The notes beneath the pieces are model-generated. The model had not been told where the DNA came from. It saw only the letters and a list, made by a program, of their open reading frames with translations, and ran no database searches. The translations under genes and the position numbers were made by a program. Source: an uncultured Gammaproteobacteria bacterium (lineage in GTDB: Bacteria; Pseudomonadota; Gammaproteobacteria; Pseudomonadales; Cellvibrionaceae). From it: a DNA stretch of 64,000 nt. Below are positions 54,202 through 61,855 of this stretch, piece by piece (the stretch's first letter is position 1; each line of letters starts with the position of its first letter). The stretch covers positions 8,850 through 72,849 of the forward strand of contig CBHTVU010000001.1 of NCBI GenBank assembly GCA_966096785.1, in the 5' to 3' direction.

Positions 54202-54558
54202 GTGACAAGCGTTATACTATACATCGCCCACACCAACAGCACTTTAAAGCGCTTTACAGGCCACACAGAGAAACAAATTGTGCTGTTGGATCAATTGCAC
54301 AGGATTGGCAAGCCCTGCACTTATTCGCATTTATACAACGTTTTAGGCGATATGAATTGTACGTTAAATCACAGAGTCTACAATGCTATTTTAAGGCGTT
54401 GTATTGACAAGGGTTATATAACGCGTACTCAGGTTGGAAGGAATGTATTATTTGCTATTACTTTGTCAGGAAAGCAATTGCTCTATAGTTTTAGTATTGA
54501 GCTTGACAAGATTGTAAAGGCCGATATTGCAAAGCATGGCAATGGTTTGCCGTCATAA
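54202..54558 (+). CDS. winged-helix DNA-binding protein candidate
   Basis: 118 aa, GTG start. LLDQLHRIGKPCTYSHLYNVL...RRCIDKGYITRTQVGRNVLFAITLSGKQLL resembles a MarR/PadR-type wHTH. Confidence 0.45.
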   Translation: MTSVILYIAHTNSTLKRFTGHTEKQIVLLDQLHRIGKPCTYSHLYNVLGDMNCTLNHRVYNAILRRCIDKGYITRTQVGRNVLFAITLSGKQLLYSFSIELDKIVKADIAKHGNGLPS

Positions 54559-54585
54559 TCTGACTGTAATTGTTTTATATTTATT

Positions 54586-54621
54586 CCCAGTCAATATATA
54601 CTGACTGGGATTGTTGTTTTT
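54586..54621 (+). terminator. intrinsic terminator
   Basis: CCCAGTCA-ATATATAC-TGACTGGG followed by ATTGTTGTTTTT. Confidence 0.6.
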
Positions 54622-55234
54622 AAGGGCATATACTTATCTGTTAATAAATATTAACACTTAATACCTCAACTATTCTGTTAATATCGCTTGCCAGATTATC
54701 AATAATATTGTAATATTGTGGTGTTGTTACAGCGATAGGATAGTGGTAAAGATAATGTGGTAATGACACAAATAGCTCTTTGGTCGAATAGGTTGGATTG
54801 CTCTAATTACAGATCAGTATTGCTGCTAAGTTGTAAGCACTACAGGCACCTAATAGATGTTAACGTGTTGAGGTAAGTTCGCTAAATGTTAACCACTGGA
54901 TTTAAAGATCAGGCTATTGAGTGTACAGCAATATGAACGCTACAATGTAATTGTAGGTTACCACTTATAACTATATTCTTATAGGTCTTATAACAGCTGG
55001 TAAATATCTGCAACAAACGGTTAAACGGTGTGGGAATGCAATAGGAGTAATTGCATTACAAATGGGTGTTTAACCGGTTAGTAGCCTTAAAGTTTGTTGT
55101 CAACAGTCTGTTACTGTTGTGAAATAATGATTAAAGAGCAATGATTAATGTATATGTCGTTACGCTGTGGAGATAACGCATATACACAGAACAATTGATT
55201 ATCAAAGTGTTTTAATAGTGTTTTTTGAGTCTAA
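54622..55234. other. gene-free AT-rich region with TGTTAA-type repeats and a composite cruciform
   Basis: No ORF of 60 aa or more in any frame. TGTTAA(Y) at 54639, 54676, 54858 and 54887. Nested inverted repeat CGGTTAAAC...AATGCAAT-AGGAGTA-ATTGCATT...GTTTAACCG (55019-55076). Confidence 0.5.
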
Positions 55235-55283
55235 CCCCATATAATATCGTTTATATGGGGTTTTGTGTTTATAAAACACTTAT
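55235..55283 (+). promoter_or_regulatory. hairpin + conserved box cassette EC01
   Basis: Stem CCCCATATA/TATATGGGG, then TTTTGTGTTTATAAAACACTTAT|ATG(55284). Confidence 0.6.
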
Positions 55284-55757
55284 ATGAAATTCTTTAATAA
55301 TTGCAAAACGCTTGAAGAGGTCAAAAAGCTGTACAAAAAGCTTGCATTAGAACACCATCCTGACAAGGGCGGCAATACAGAAACTATGCAAACGATAAAT
55401 ACTGAATATGCGTTTATATGTGCAAAGCTCTTAAAGGGTGAAAACCTAACGGATGAACAGATCAATGAAGAAATGAATTTATCTGAAGAACTTAGGCAAG
55501 CAATTGAGCAAATTATACATTTGCCGGGTATTACTATTGAGGTAGTTGGTTATTACATTTGGGTTACTGGTAACACCTACCCAGTAAGAAACGAATTAAA
55601 GAGCGCAAAGTTTGTTTATCATGGTACAAAAGAATGTTGGTATTATGCCAATGCAAAATTTAAAGTAAGAGGTGGTAAAAAAACATTAGAAGAAATAAAG
55701 GCTAAGTATGGCAGCGCGACTGTTCACAAGTTTAAAACCAGCAAGGAAATTAATTAG
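55284..55757 (+). CDS. J-domain (DnaJ-like) co-chaperone protein
   Basis: 157 aa. LEEVKKLYKKLALEHHPDKGGNTETMQTINTEYAFI contains the HPD motif. Confidence 0.85.
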   Translation: MKFFNNCKTLEEVKKLYKKLALEHHPDKGGNTETMQTINTEYAFICAKLLKGENLTDEQINEEMNLSEELRQAIEQIIHLPGITIEVVGYYIWVTGNTYPVRNELKSAKFVYHGTKECWYYANAKFKVRGGKKTLEEIKAKYGSATVHKFKTSKEIN

Positions 55758-55763
55758 CACAAA

Positions 55764-55805
55764 GCCCGCAATGTTGCGGGCTTTGTTATTATAAAACACT
55801 TGTAT
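55764..55805 (+). promoter_or_regulatory. cassette EC02
   Basis: Stem GCCCGCA/TGCGGGC, then TTTGTTATTATAAAACACTTGTAT|ATG(55806). Confidence 0.6.
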
Positions 55806-56063
55806 ATGTTGAACTATGATAAATTAATTGCACTCAACCCCACGGTGTATTCTAAGTTTACCAACTCATTAGGGCAAGAAATAGAGTTTGTTGAGCATCC
55901 AACTAAAGGAGAAGATTATCCCGTTATTTGCGTATGTCATGCCCTTAAACTTGCAGCGTGTAGTGACTTCTACGAAACGACTGATATGTTAGCCGATCAT
56001 AAGGAGTATGAACCTAAATTTATTGACGGTCAATTTTGGATTGGGAATTTCTTACACGAATAG
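55806..56063 (+). CDS. hypothetical protein
   Basis: ATG at the cassette-defined position (MLNYDKLIAL...). The track start at 55800 is a TTG inside the box. Confidence 0.55.
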   Translation: MLNYDKLIALNPTVYSKFTNSLGQEIEFVEHPTKGEDYPVICVCHALKLAACSDFYETTDMLADHKEYEPKFIDGQFWIGNFLHE

Positions 56064-56102
56064 GGCGCAATTTGCGCCCTATGTTATTTTAAAAACACTT
56101 AT
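56062..56102 (+). promoter_or_regulatory. cassette EC03
   Basis: Stem AGGGCGCA/TGCGCCCT, then ATGTTATTTTAAAAACACTTAT|ATG(56103). Confidence 0.6.
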
Positions 56103-56267
56103 ATGACTACAACAGAGCAGGAAATTGAATTAACGAAAATTCAATCAATAAATATTGCGGCTAAAGCGCTGGCGCAATCTGCGTTTTTGATAGGGGTTTC
56201 TTTAGACGTGCTGTTGCCTATGGCAACCGCATTAGCAGAAAAAGAGTTAATAAAACTAAAAGGGTAG
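56103..56267 (+). CDS. hypothetical small protein (54 aa)
   Basis: MTTTEQEIELTKIQSINIAAKALAQSAFLIGVSLDVLLPMATALAEKELIKLKG. Framed by cassettes EC03 and EC04; below the track cutoff. Confidence 0.45.
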   Translation: MTTTEQEIELTKIQSINIAAKALAQSAFLIGVSLDVLLPMATALAEKELIKLKG

Positions 56268-56304
56268 CAATTATGCTACCCTTTGTTATTTATAAAACAC
56301 TTAT
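56262..56304 (+). promoter_or_regulatory. cassette EC04
   Basis: Stem GGGTAGCA/TGCTACCC (covers the preceding stop), then TTTGTTATTTATAAAACACTTAT|ATG(56305). Confidence 0.6.
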
Positions 56305-56391
56305 ATGAATCGTACTATCATGATCAATTTAGCTATTACAGTACTTGTTGTTTCTGCTAACATATTAGCACAGGTTGTACGGCATTTATAG
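56305..56391 (+). CDS. possible 28-aa hydrophobic micro-protein
   Basis: MNRTIMINLAITVLVVSANILAQVVRHL, with the ATG at the exact cassette position. Confidence 0.3.
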   Translation: MNRTIMINLAITVLVVSANILAQVVRHL

Positions 56392-56429
56392 TTGCAGTCA
56401 TGCACTCATTACGCAGTATAACACAGGAA

Positions 56430-56472
56430 CCCGGCTCAATGCCGGGTTTTGTTATTTATAAAAACACTTATT
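56430..56472 (+). promoter_or_regulatory. cassette EC05
   Basis: Stem CCCGGC/GCCGGG, then TTTTGTTATTTATAAAAACACTTATT|ATG(56473). Confidence 0.6.
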
Positions 56473-56748
56473 ATGCCTATAACATTTAATACGGGCGGGT
56501 ATTCGTATTGCACCATTGTACAGGATGCGATCGGTTGCCTGCATATCTGGGAGGGACAATGTATACCTACAAATAACCCAACATTGCCTAAAGTTGATGG
56601 CAATGAGTGTGATTTGTTTATAGAAAATGAATCGGATGTTAAGAACACGTTAGAGTATTTAACGGATGACGAAAGGGAATATATAAATAAAGGGTTCGCA
56701 ATACAGGTAAAAACTATTCCCGACGATTTATTGCTAAAAGATTATTAG
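56473..56748 (+). CDS. hypothetical protein
   Basis: MPITFNTGGYSYC... The track extension from 56449 reads through the box. Confidence 0.55.
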   Translation: MPITFNTGGYSYCTIVQDAIGCLHIWEGQCIPTNNPTLPKVDGNECDLFIENESDVKNTLEYLTDDEREYINKGFAIQVKTIPDDLLLKDY

Positions 56749-56780
56749 AACGGTCTCAGGATAAACAGAAGTACAAACAA

Positions 56781-56827
56781 CCCTACGCATGTCTATGCGT
56801 GGGGTTTTGTATTTATAAAACACTTAT
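56781..56827 (+). promoter_or_regulatory. cassette EC06
   Basis: Stem CCCTACGCAT/ATGCGTGGGG with loop GTCT, then TTTTGTATTTATAAAACACTTAT|ATG(56828). Confidence 0.6.
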
Positions 56828-57022
56828 ATGAATATTGAACAGATAAAGGCTAATTTACCAAAAAACATGCATGAAATAGACCGTAAGGAATACCTACGGT
56901 TACATAAACGTATAATTGAGATTGAAACAACCGGGTATAATAAACATGAATTGGAACCATTGCGTAACAGTGCCTTTAATATTATTAATCCATATATTTT
57001 AGATAGTAATTACAAAGGATAG
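56828..57022 (+). CDS. hypothetical protein
   Basis: 64-aa ORF framed by cassettes. Confidence 0.55.
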   Translation: MNIEQIKANLPKNMHEIDRKEYLRLHKRIIEIETTGYNKHELEPLRNSAFNIINPYILDSNYKG

Positions 57023-57058
57023 GGGCCATTTGGCCCTTTTTTATTTAAAAACACTTAT
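57023..57058 (+). promoter_or_regulatory. cassette EC07
   Basis: Stem GGGCC/GGCCC, then TTTTTTATTTAAAAACACTTAT|ATG(57059). Confidence 0.55.
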
Positions 57059-57310
57059 ATGAAATACGGCTTCAGCATAGTGAACACAATGCGCACTTAT
57101 AGCATTGAATTACGTGAACGCAATTACCCGGTATTTGCGGGTAGATACAATGCATATATGGCGGTTTATGGGCCGTTAAGCGGCGAATATATGGGCTTAA
57201 TTGAAACGCCTATAAAATTAGATATTACAGAAAATGATGTACCTGAGTTGCTGCTGAATGGAGAAAAGTTTGTAAAAGATAATGCATGTTGCAAGGTATC
57301 GGTTTGGTAA
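57059..57310 (+). CDS. hypothetical protein
   Basis: 83-aa ORF framed by cassettes. Confidence 0.55.
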   Translation: MKYGFSIVNTMRTYSIELRERNYPVFAGRYNAYMAVYGPLSGEYMGLIETPIKLDITENDVPELLLNGEKFVKDNACCKVSVW

Positions 57311-57345
57311 ATAATTGACGGTTTTTTAGCAGGTAGTACAAACAA

Positions 57346-57392
57346 CCCTATACATTTCTATGTGTGGGGTTTTGTTATTTAAAAACACTTGT
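57346..57392 (+). promoter_or_regulatory. cassette EC08
   Basis: Stem CCCTATACAT/ATGTGTGGGG (two G-U pairs), then TTTTGTTATTTAAAAACACTTGT|ATG(57393). The 5' flank GTACAAACAA is shared with EC06. Confidence 0.6.
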
Positions 57393-57593
57393 ATGAATAT
57401 GCCATATTTCAAACCGGGGTTATTACATCTTATTTTTGAGAATGAAACCGGTGAACAATTTATAGATGTAAATGGTTACCCTACTTTACAGTTAGCAGAA
57501 GTTGCAGCCGAATATTATAAACGCGGTAGATTTAGAATGTCAGGTTCAATAGTGGTAGGAGTTTATATTTGTCAGACAATTAAGCCCGCCTAA
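57393..57593 (+). CDS. hypothetical protein
   Basis: MNMPYFKPGLLHLIF... The track extension from 57360 lies inside the hairpin and box. Confidence 0.55.
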   Translation: MNMPYFKPGLLHLIFENETGEQFIDVNGYPTLQLAEVAAEYYKRGRFRMSGSIVVGVYICQTIKPA

Positions 57594-57625
57594 TTGGCGG
57601 GCTTTTGTATTATAAAAACACTAAA
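57584..57625 (+). promoter_or_regulatory. cassette EC09
   Basis: Stem GCCCGCC/GGCGGGC, then TTTTGTATTATAAAAACACTAAA|ATG(57626). Confidence 0.6.
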
Positions 57626-57883
57626 ATGATCACAATCTATAATTGGCATGAACCAACCACATCCTTAAGCCGCTGTAAGCCTATAGAGTGCAACAATACA
57701 ATGTCATTGGCCCGCTCATTTAGCCAAATAGGCAAGGCAAAGCTGGACAGCTCAATTGTTAGTATAACCCTTAAAGACGAAAACACGGGTAAAACTATAC
57801 GTATTGAATTTGATAATGAGGCAAGGAAAAAAATATTGGAATGGTTTAATATTGAACAGGAAATAGCAAAAGCCCGCGTTTAG
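57626..57883 (+). CDS. hypothetical protein
   Basis: MITIYNWHEPTTS... Start set by the cassette. Confidence 0.55.
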   Translation: MITIYNWHEPTTSLSRCKPIECNNTMSLARSFSQIGKAKLDSSIVSITLKDENTGKTIRIEFDNEARKKILEWFNIEQEIAKARV

Positions 57884-57910
57884 CGGGCTTTTGCTATTAT
57901 AAACACTTAT
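57871..57910 (+). promoter_or_regulatory. cassette EC10
   Basis: Stem AGCCCGC/GCGGGCT (the preceding stop lies in the hairpin), then TTTGCTATTATAAACACTTAT|ATG(57911). Confidence 0.6.
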
Positions 57911-58186
57911 ATGAAGTACATTTTTTTGTTACTGTTAGCATTCAACAGCACTAAAGGCATTGCACAAGATAAAAAGCCTATAGTACAATGCAAAGGAACT
58001 ACAGTGAAAGGCGTGCAATGTATGCGCAAAGCAAAGGAAGGCACAAAGGACAACGCTTATTGCAGCCAACACAACCTTGACGCGCCGCGCTGCGCAGGTC
58101 ATACTGGCAGCGGTGTGCGCTGTAAAAGAATAGTCGCAAAGGAAGGGGATAAATGTCATGACCACGTTTTTCAAAAACGCGCATAA
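57911..58186 (+). CDS. secreted Cys/His-repeat (putative zinc-binding) protein
   Basis: 91 aa. Signal-like N-terminus and two repeats: GVQCMRKAKEGTKDNAYCSQH and GVRCKRIVAKEGDKCHDH. Confidence 0.5.
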   Translation: MKYIFLLLLAFNSTKGIAQDKKPIVQCKGTTVKGVQCMRKAKEGTKDNAYCSQHNLDAPRCAGHTGSGVRCKRIVAKEGDKCHDHVFQKRA

Positions 58187-58208
58187 TCACCAGCTGAAAC
58201 CACATGAA

Positions 58209-58254
58209 CCCCGAACAGTGTTCGGGGTTTTGCTATTTATAAAACACTAGCAAA
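58209..58254 (+). promoter_or_regulatory. cassette EC11
   Basis: Stem CCCCGAA/TTCGGGG, then TTTTGCTATTTATAAAACACTAGCAAA|ATG(58255). Confidence 0.6.
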
Positions 58255-58719
58255 ATGAATACAGAAATTAAAACAGTAAGTGATAAGCAATATCAAGTAA
58301 CAAACACAGGTACTTACTACCATATTGAAACAAATTTGCAGGTTATAGAAGTACTTGAACAATGTCGCCTAAATAATACACGCATTCGCTTATTTTTAGG
58401 CGATACAATAACCGGTAAAGTATGGCCTGAACTTCACGATGTAACAGGCTACGTCAGTCGTTCAACGGGCGTTGTAAAGGTGCCAATTCTGCGTTATAAT
58501 AGTATTGCTGTTGGTGGTGGCGCAATACTTGATCATTGCATCATGAAAATAAGCGATACCAAAGGCAACGTATTGTATAAGGCTGGTAATTATAAGGAGC
58601 CGGTAATTGAGATAAAAGGCAATGAGGCGCAAGGCATACAGGTAATTTATGATAACGAACCGATTGCAAACTGTAAAACATTAAAAGAGGCGAACAAACT
58701 AAAAGAACAATTACTTTAA
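58255..58719 (+). CDS. hypothetical protein
   Basis: 154-aa ORF framed by cassettes. Confidence 0.6.
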   Translation: MNTEIKTVSDKQYQVTNTGTYYHIETNLQVIEVLEQCRLNNTRIRLFLGDTITGKVWPELHDVTGYVSRSTGVVKVPILRYNSIAVGGGAILDHCIMKISDTKGNVLYKAGNYKEPVIEIKGNEAQGIQVIYDNEPIANCKTLKEANKLKEQLL

Positions 58720-58757
58720 CCCCCGTAATGGGGGTTTTTGCTTTATAAAACACTTAT
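58719..58757 (+). promoter_or_regulatory. cassette EC12
   Basis: Stem CCCCC/GGGGG with loop GTAAT, then TTTTTGCTTTATAAAACACTTAT|ATG(58758). Confidence 0.6.
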
Positions 58758-59024
58758 ATGAAGCGCAAACATGATTTAATAATCTTTGCAATCTTTGCCG
58801 CCTTGGTGGTAGGGATAATGCTAGGGGCCAAAGGACAACAGGCCATACACAGCCGCAATTGTCCGGTTGCACCTGTAACTCTTACGAATATACTAGCAAG
58901 TAAGGATTATCAAATACAATGTAGTATTGATTCAGTATATGTATTTGATAACAACAGGCTAATAGGCGCTACTTTGTGGGGTAAAGATGGTATTGATTCA
59001 TTGATCTTAAAGGACAACGAATGA
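58758..59024 (+). CDS. small membrane-anchored protein
   Basis: 88 aa with an N-terminal TM (LIIFAIFAALVVGIMLGA). Confidence 0.55.
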   Translation: MKRKHDLIIFAIFAALVVGIMLGAKGQQAIHSRNCPVAPVTLTNILASKDYQIQCSIDSVYVFDNNRLIGATLWGKDGIDSLILKDNE

Positions 59025-59092
59025 AGCCCTACACAGTCGCGCTCCTGTTGCGCCTTGTCTGGTATGCAGTACTGATCTATTGTATTGCTTAA
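59021..59092 (+). CDS. possible 23-aa hydrophobic micro-protein
   Basis: MKPYTVALLLRLVWYAVLIYCIA. ATGA overlap with the upstream stop; its own stop abuts the EC13 hairpin. Confidence 0.25.
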   Translation: MKPYTVALLLRLVWYAVLIYCIA

Positions 59093-59130
59093 CCCCCGTT
59101 TGGGGGTTTTGTTATTTTAAAAACACTTAT
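59093..59130 (+). promoter_or_regulatory. cassette EC13
   Basis: Stem CCCCC/GGGGG with loop GTTT, then TTTTGTTATTTTAAAAACACTTAT|ATG(59131). Confidence 0.6.
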
Positions 59131-59703
59131 ATGAAATCAATACTAGATAAGACTAATGAAGCTCCCGCTAATACATTGCAATTTGGCAAGTTTAATGTCA
59201 ATACTTCCGCGCAAGCAATGACATTAATCGCTTATAGCGACGTACCACATTTGCACACATCTAACATTCCTTTCAGGCAGCTACAGTATGTTGCAGAATG
59301 TGAGAATTTTATCGACTTCTGCGCATGTTTGCGCATTATTCGCGGCTATAATGGTTTTGAAGCGGAAGAGGTTATTAAAAAAGGAACGCCACACTTTAAC
59401 ATTAAACGCTGGTATCCTAAAGGCAACGGCAATCATGGTATGAACATGTTTAACTTTCAGATTGCCCGCGAATATTCTGCTACCTTTTATATTCGATACG
59501 TTACACTGTTTAACAACAATAAGTTAATAGAGGTAGAAGGGGAGTATGGCGATTGTGAAGAGTTTACCCCAAATGATTTTGAGGATACAATGTTGTGTCT
59601 TAAGCATTTACTAAAACCTAGCGAATTTAATATTGAAAAATTGCCGTATGAGTTTCAAGGGCAAACACAATACTCTTATAGTGTGCGCTTTTGCTGGACT
59701 TAA
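59131..59703 (+). CDS. hypothetical protein
   Basis: MKSILDKTNEAPANTLQFG... The track extension from 59080 reads through the hairpin. Confidence 0.6.
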   Translation: MKSILDKTNEAPANTLQFGKFNVNTSAQAMTLIAYSDVPHLHTSNIPFRQLQYVAECENFIDFCACLRIIRGYNGFEAEEVIKKGTPHFNIKRWYPKGNGNHGMNMFNFQIAREYSATFYIRYVTLFNNNKLIEVEGEYGDCEEFTPNDFEDTMLCLKHLLKPSEFNIEKLPYEFQGQTQYSYSVRFCWT

Positions 59704-59714
59704 ACAACTTAGAA

Positions 59715-59766
59715 CCCCGTTGCAGTAATGCGCGGGGTTTTTGTTATTATAAAAACACTTAAACAT
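59715..59766 (+). promoter_or_regulatory. cassette EC14
   Basis: Imperfect stem CCCCGTTGCA../..TGCGCGGGG, then TTTTTGTTATTATAAAAACACTTAAACAT|ATG(59767). Confidence 0.55.
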
Positions 59767-60507
59767 ATGCAACAGGAAATCAATGGTAAATTTTTGATAT
59801 GTAACGGGTCAATTAATGCCACACTGACAATTGACGAATTGCTACAATTCAATGAAGATAATAAACGTACCGCTTTACGGTATTTTCAAATTGAAGGCCA
59901 ATATCGCCAGATCAATTCGGAAATTGATAGCAGTGTTTTTAAACCTATGCAGGAACTATATACTTATGAGACGTTAATGCAACTATCAGGCTCCGAACTT
60001 GATTTAGCACTAACAAAGGTTTACAATAACTTACAGCAACATGAAGCCCAATTGCAAGTCGCAACTAATAGGCTACATTATGATTTAGGTAAAAAGATAC
60101 ATGCGGCGACCATAGACTTAAAATTCTCCGGGGAGCTTAAATTAACCAAAGGGCAATTGTTGGGGTTTATTGATGCGATAGGTAACTGGAACGACTTTAG
60201 GGCAAATAAAGTCGCAAAAGCAATTAATTACCTACATGCCAGCGCGCCCCGTGTGAATTATGGTAATAATAATCCCAATACAGGGCGCTTGTGGCATGAA
60301 TGGTGCATTGCAGGTGATTCGATTTATATGAAATTTGGACTTTGTAATAGCGAAGCGCTGGCCACTATAAAGAATTGGTTTAACACAATTACAAATGTAA
60401 AAAGCATGGCCGGTGCGGATTCCTTTGAATTACATGTGCAGGAAATTCAAAACGAATATTCAAAAGACCAATGTTATATTGTAACCGTTGAATTATGGTG
60501 GGATTAA
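59767..60507 (+). CDS. hypothetical protein
   Basis: MQQEINGKFLICNG... 246 aa. Confidence 0.6.
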   Translation: MQQEINGKFLICNGSINATLTIDELLQFNEDNKRTALRYFQIEGQYRQINSEIDSSVFKPMQELYTYETLMQLSGSELDLALTKVYNNLQQHEAQLQVATNRLHYDLGKKIHAATIDLKFSGELKLTKGQLLGFIDAIGNWNDFRANKVAKAINYLHASAPRVNYGNNNPNTGRLWHEWCIAGDSIYMKFGLCNSEALATIKNWFNTITNVKSMAGADSFELHVQEIQNEYSKDQCYIVTVELWWD

Positions 60508-60525
60508 AGTTAGAGCCGTACAAAA

Positions 60526-60576
60526 CCCCGTTGCAACCAGTTTGCAACGGGGTTTTGTTATTATAAAAACACTTAT
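60526..60576 (+). promoter_or_regulatory. cassette EC15
   Basis: Perfect 11-bp stem CCCCGTTGCAA/TTGCAACGGGG, then TTTTGTTATTATAAAAACACTTAT|ATG(60577). Confidence 0.65.
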
Positions 60577-61233
60577 ATGAATACTTACAGTAAATACGTT
60601 GCTAACGTATTCTTAGCGAAATGCACAGAAAAGCACGAAAAAGGCGCAACCATTCCCGTTACTACTAAATATGGGAAAGAGAACGAATGTATTGTATTTA
60701 ACCTCATTTACGAAAAAGACGGTTATTACTATTACTCTATCATTCGCGCCGATGGGTTTAATTATCAAACCTGGGCGCAAAATAGAGCAGATCGCCGTCG
60801 TAGTTGGGCTGCAAGCGCTGAAAACAAGTCAGACGAATACTATCAGCGCTCTAACAAAGATCGCGCTTTCCTTAGCCTGGGTGAACCAATCAAAATTGGC
60901 CATCACAGCGAAAAAGGGCACCGTAAAATTATTGACCAGCAATGGGCAAACATGGGCAAAAGCGTTGCATATTCCAAAAAGGCAGAAGCTCATGAAAGTG
61001 TGGCTGAATTTTGGGAACGCAAAGCGAAGGATATTAACTTGTCCATGCCAGATAGCGCAGAATTTTTTACCTACAAGCTTGAGCTTGCTAATGCACACCA
61101 CCAGGAATTGAAAACAGACCCAAGCAAAAGAAGACATTCTATGTCGTTGCAGTACGCTAAAAAAGATGTTAATGAGTTGCAGAAAAAAGTAGCTTTAGCA
61201 CATAAGCTATGGGGAGATGTTGAGGAAAAATAG
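60577..61233 (+). CDS. DUF3560-like protein
   Basis: 218 aa. LSLGEPIKIGHHSEKGHRKIIDQQWANMGKSVAYSKKAEAHESVAEFWERKA matches my recollection of the DUF3560 core (GQPILVGHHSE..HR...), a family seen on plasmids and phages. Confidence 0.5.
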   Translation: MNTYSKYVANVFLAKCTEKHEKGATIPVTTKYGKENECIVFNLIYEKDGYYYYSIIRADGFNYQTWAQNRADRRRSWAASAENKSDEYYQRSNKDRAFLSLGEPIKIGHHSEKGHRKIIDQQWANMGKSVAYSKKAEAHESVAEFWERKAKDINLSMPDSAEFFTYKLELANAHHQELKTDPSKRRHSMSLQYAKKDVNELQKKVALAHKLWGDVEEK

Positions 61234-61251
61234 TGCTACATGGAAGAACAG

Positions 61252-61302
61252 CCCCCGTTGCAGTTTATCTGCGCGGGGGTTTTGTATTTTAAAACATCTA
61301 TT
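61252..61302 (+). promoter_or_regulatory. cassette EC16
   Basis: Imperfect stem CCCCCGTTGCAG/CTGCGCGGGGG, then TTTTGTATTTTAAAACATCTATT|ATG(61303). Confidence 0.55.
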
Positions 61303-61488
61303 ATGTATACAGTAACTTTCTCCGTCAAAATACAAATGGACATAGCAAGCGAACACGGCGCATTGGAGCAAATAAAAGAAACTATTGAGCTAATTAACTT
61401 GGACTTTCAACGTGCCGGGTATAATTCAACCCCGCAAATAATTGAAGGCTCCCAAAACATCTTATCAATTGAGAAAAGTACTTTATGA
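61303..61488 (+). CDS. hypothetical protein
   Basis: MYTVTFSVKIQMDIASEHG... 61 aa. Confidence 0.5.
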   Translation: MYTVTFSVKIQMDIASEHGALEQIKETIELINLDFQRAGYNSTPQIIEGSQNILSIEKSTL

Positions 61489-61496
61489 GACAAACA

Positions 61497-61544
61497 ACCC
61501 GGCAACAGCCGGGTTTTGTATTTATAAACACTAAATTATTACTT
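61497..61544 (+). promoter_or_regulatory. cassette EC17
   Basis: Stem CCCGGC/GCCGGG, then TTTTGTATTTATAAACACTAAATTATTACTT|ATG(61545). Confidence 0.55.
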
Positions 61545-61784
61545 ATGGCAAAAGCTGCTAAAAAAACAACAACAAAACGCAAACCAAGACCAAAGCCCAT
61601 AAAGGATGAATTATGGGTATTAAACCCTGATACCGGCGATGTAGATAAAGCATTCGTGAAGGGTGATAATTGTACCGGTTTTGATTATAACTCCGAAAGC
61701 GTCACCCCCTGGTTTAAAATTTACTATGGTAGTTTTTCTGTCACAACAATAGGAATACCTTATTCAGTTGTGGAGCCATATTAA
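61545..61784 (+). CDS. hypothetical protein with a basic N-terminus
   Basis: MAKAAKKTTTKRKPRPKPIKDELWVLNP... 79 aa. Confidence 0.5.
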   Translation: MAKAAKKTTTKRKPRPKPIKDELWVLNPDTGDVDKAFVKGDNCTGFDYNSESVTPWFKIYYGSFSVTTIGIPYSVVEPY

Positions 61785-61805
61785 AATAATTTTGGATTAG
61801 GCGCA

Positions 61806-61855
61806 CCCCGTTCACCGTTATGGTGGCGGGGTTTTTATTTATAAAAACACTTGTT
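61806..61855 (+). promoter_or_regulatory. cassette EC18
   Basis: Imperfect stem CCCCGTTCACC/GGTGGCGGGG, then TTTTTATTTATAAAAACACTTGTT|ATG(61856). Confidence 0.55.
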
